Assembly (NCBI GenBank): GCA_963803145.1
Contig: CAWDLW010000017.1
Coordinates: 1 to 64,000 of the forward strand
Direction of reading: 5' to 3'
DNA length: 64,000 nucleotides
Source: Methanotrichaceae archaeon
GTDB taxonomy: Archaea > Halobacteriota > Methanosarcinia > Methanotrichales > Methanotrichaceae
A program made the position numbers and the translations under genes. The notes under the pieces are model-generated. The model made no database searches and was not told the origin of the DNA. It was given only the letters and a program-made list of their open reading frames with translations. Of the stretch, positions 63,070-64,000 are shown one piece after another; position 1 is the first letter of the stretch, and each line of letters begins with the position of its first letter.

Positions 63070-64000
63070 ATGAACTCCTGTAGAAGACTAATTGCAGCAC
63101 CATTATGTATAGTCCTGCTCATAGCGTTCGTTGGCATCCAGAGCAGCGCAGGCCAATGTTACACTTTGCCCTCTCCCGATACTGGCGAAGTTCGCATCTT
63201 CGCACAAAGTGTCTGCGGCAGCGTTGATAACGATCCGCCGAACCCCACGGTTTTCACAATAGATACGCCAAGTACAATCACGAAATTAGGCACCTATCAT
63301 TGGAATCATGGCGCTGGGGCAACTCCCGGCACCATCGGGCTAAAGGGCGAGGATGGCACCGTTTATGGGCCGTGGCAAGCCTCAGGCCTGCCGGGCCAGG
63401 GCGGAGTGCCAAATGCAAATTGGGTAGTGACCTTATCGAATGGAGTAGATCTGCCTGCCGGGACCTACGAGGTTATGGATTCAGATCCCTCAACCTGGGC
63501 TTATGGCAGCGAGAGCGGGAATAGCGGAGTAGTATCTGTTGTCGGCCTCAGTGGGAGCAGTGCAAATCATAACGCTGCAGGCCATAATACCGGCAATAAA
63601 AATACGGGACAGCCGCCGTGTGCAGTAGATGCGGTAGACTTTTCTCCAAGGGATCCAACGGATCTGTATCATGCCGGTCCCTTGCTCGTTCCAGGCTCGT
63701 ATAAATTCTATTACGGCAAAAGGACTGGAACCCAAATTGGGCAGCCTGACAGCTGGCAGACTTATGGGCCGGTTGATATTCATGGCGGCAAGTTCTACGT
63801 TTTTGATACCGTAAACGGGGAGCTGAGCGAGCAGGATCCCAAGATGATCAATTCGATGATCAATCAGCCGGGGCCAACCGAATCTCTGGTATGGTACAGG
63901 CTCAGCACACAGAACGCCTATGTGGTCTGCTTCGACGGGCCGCTGAACGGTAATAATGGAGGTATACAGATTGGAGGCCAACAGCCAACTGGTGGCAATT
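63070..64000 (+). CDS. Secreted protein, runs off the window end
   Basis: Open frame MNSCRRLIAAPLCIVLLIAFVGIQSSA...TYHWNHGAGATPGTIGL...GTVYGPW; absent from the ORF track because it has no stop. Confidence 0.8.
   Translation, partial: MNSCRRLIAAPLCIVLLIAFVGIQSSAGQCYTLPSPDTGEVRIFAQSVCGSVDNDPPNPTVFTIDTPSTITKLGTYHWNHGAGATPGTIGLKGEDGTVYGPWQASGLPGQGGVPNANWVVTLSNGVDLPAGTYEVMDSDPSTWAYGSESGNSGVVSVVGLSGSSANHNAAGHNTGNKNTGQPPCAVDAVDFSPRDPTDLYHAGPLLVPGSYKFYYGKRTGTQIGQPDSWQTYGPVDIHGGKFYVFDTVNGELSEQDPKMINSMINQPGPTESLVWYRLSTQNAYVVCFDGPLNGNNGGIQIGGQQPTGGN

Noticed and set aside
63490-63981. Minus-strand 163-aa ORF
   Set aside because: Antisense shadow of the plus-strand secreted protein starting at 63070.

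Overview
Chromosomal window from a methanogenic euryarchaeon, most likely Methanothrix/Methanotrichaceae (inferred from gene content: archaeal ThyA, Orc1/Cdc6 with ORB sites, PolB2, many signal-peptide proteins). The first ~11.3 kb is a decaying accessory region. It carries four direct copies of a 32-bp imperfect palindrome (GTGTAGTTAGCTTTTTCGGATGTCATCTACAC). Three of them abut the 5' end of a small winged-helix gene remnant, and the copies separate blocks of toxin-antitoxin genes, HEAT-repeat genes and a GC-rich non-coding stretch. That stretch (about 1640-2290) folds by eye into two divergent, highly base-paired RNAs (~480 nt on the minus strand, ~127 nt on the plus strand) that I cannot assign to a known family. 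The region also holds an IS5-family element, a truncated IS630 and two MITEs with 8-bp target duplications. The rest is mostly core genome: U32/RlhA-like, alkA, msrB, lemA-DUF2207, a decayed PolB2 operon split by a PAS hybrid kinase, thyA, a cbiT-L-F-G-H-C-D-E cobalamin operon, a probable replication origin with cdc6, Hsp20, a cluster of secreted PQQ-type beta-propeller proteins (one with a cupredoxin domain), a LolCDE/MacB-type ABC transporter, thioredoxin and several secreted proteins. No rRNA, tRNA or CRISPR array was seen. All calls were made by eye, without database searches.
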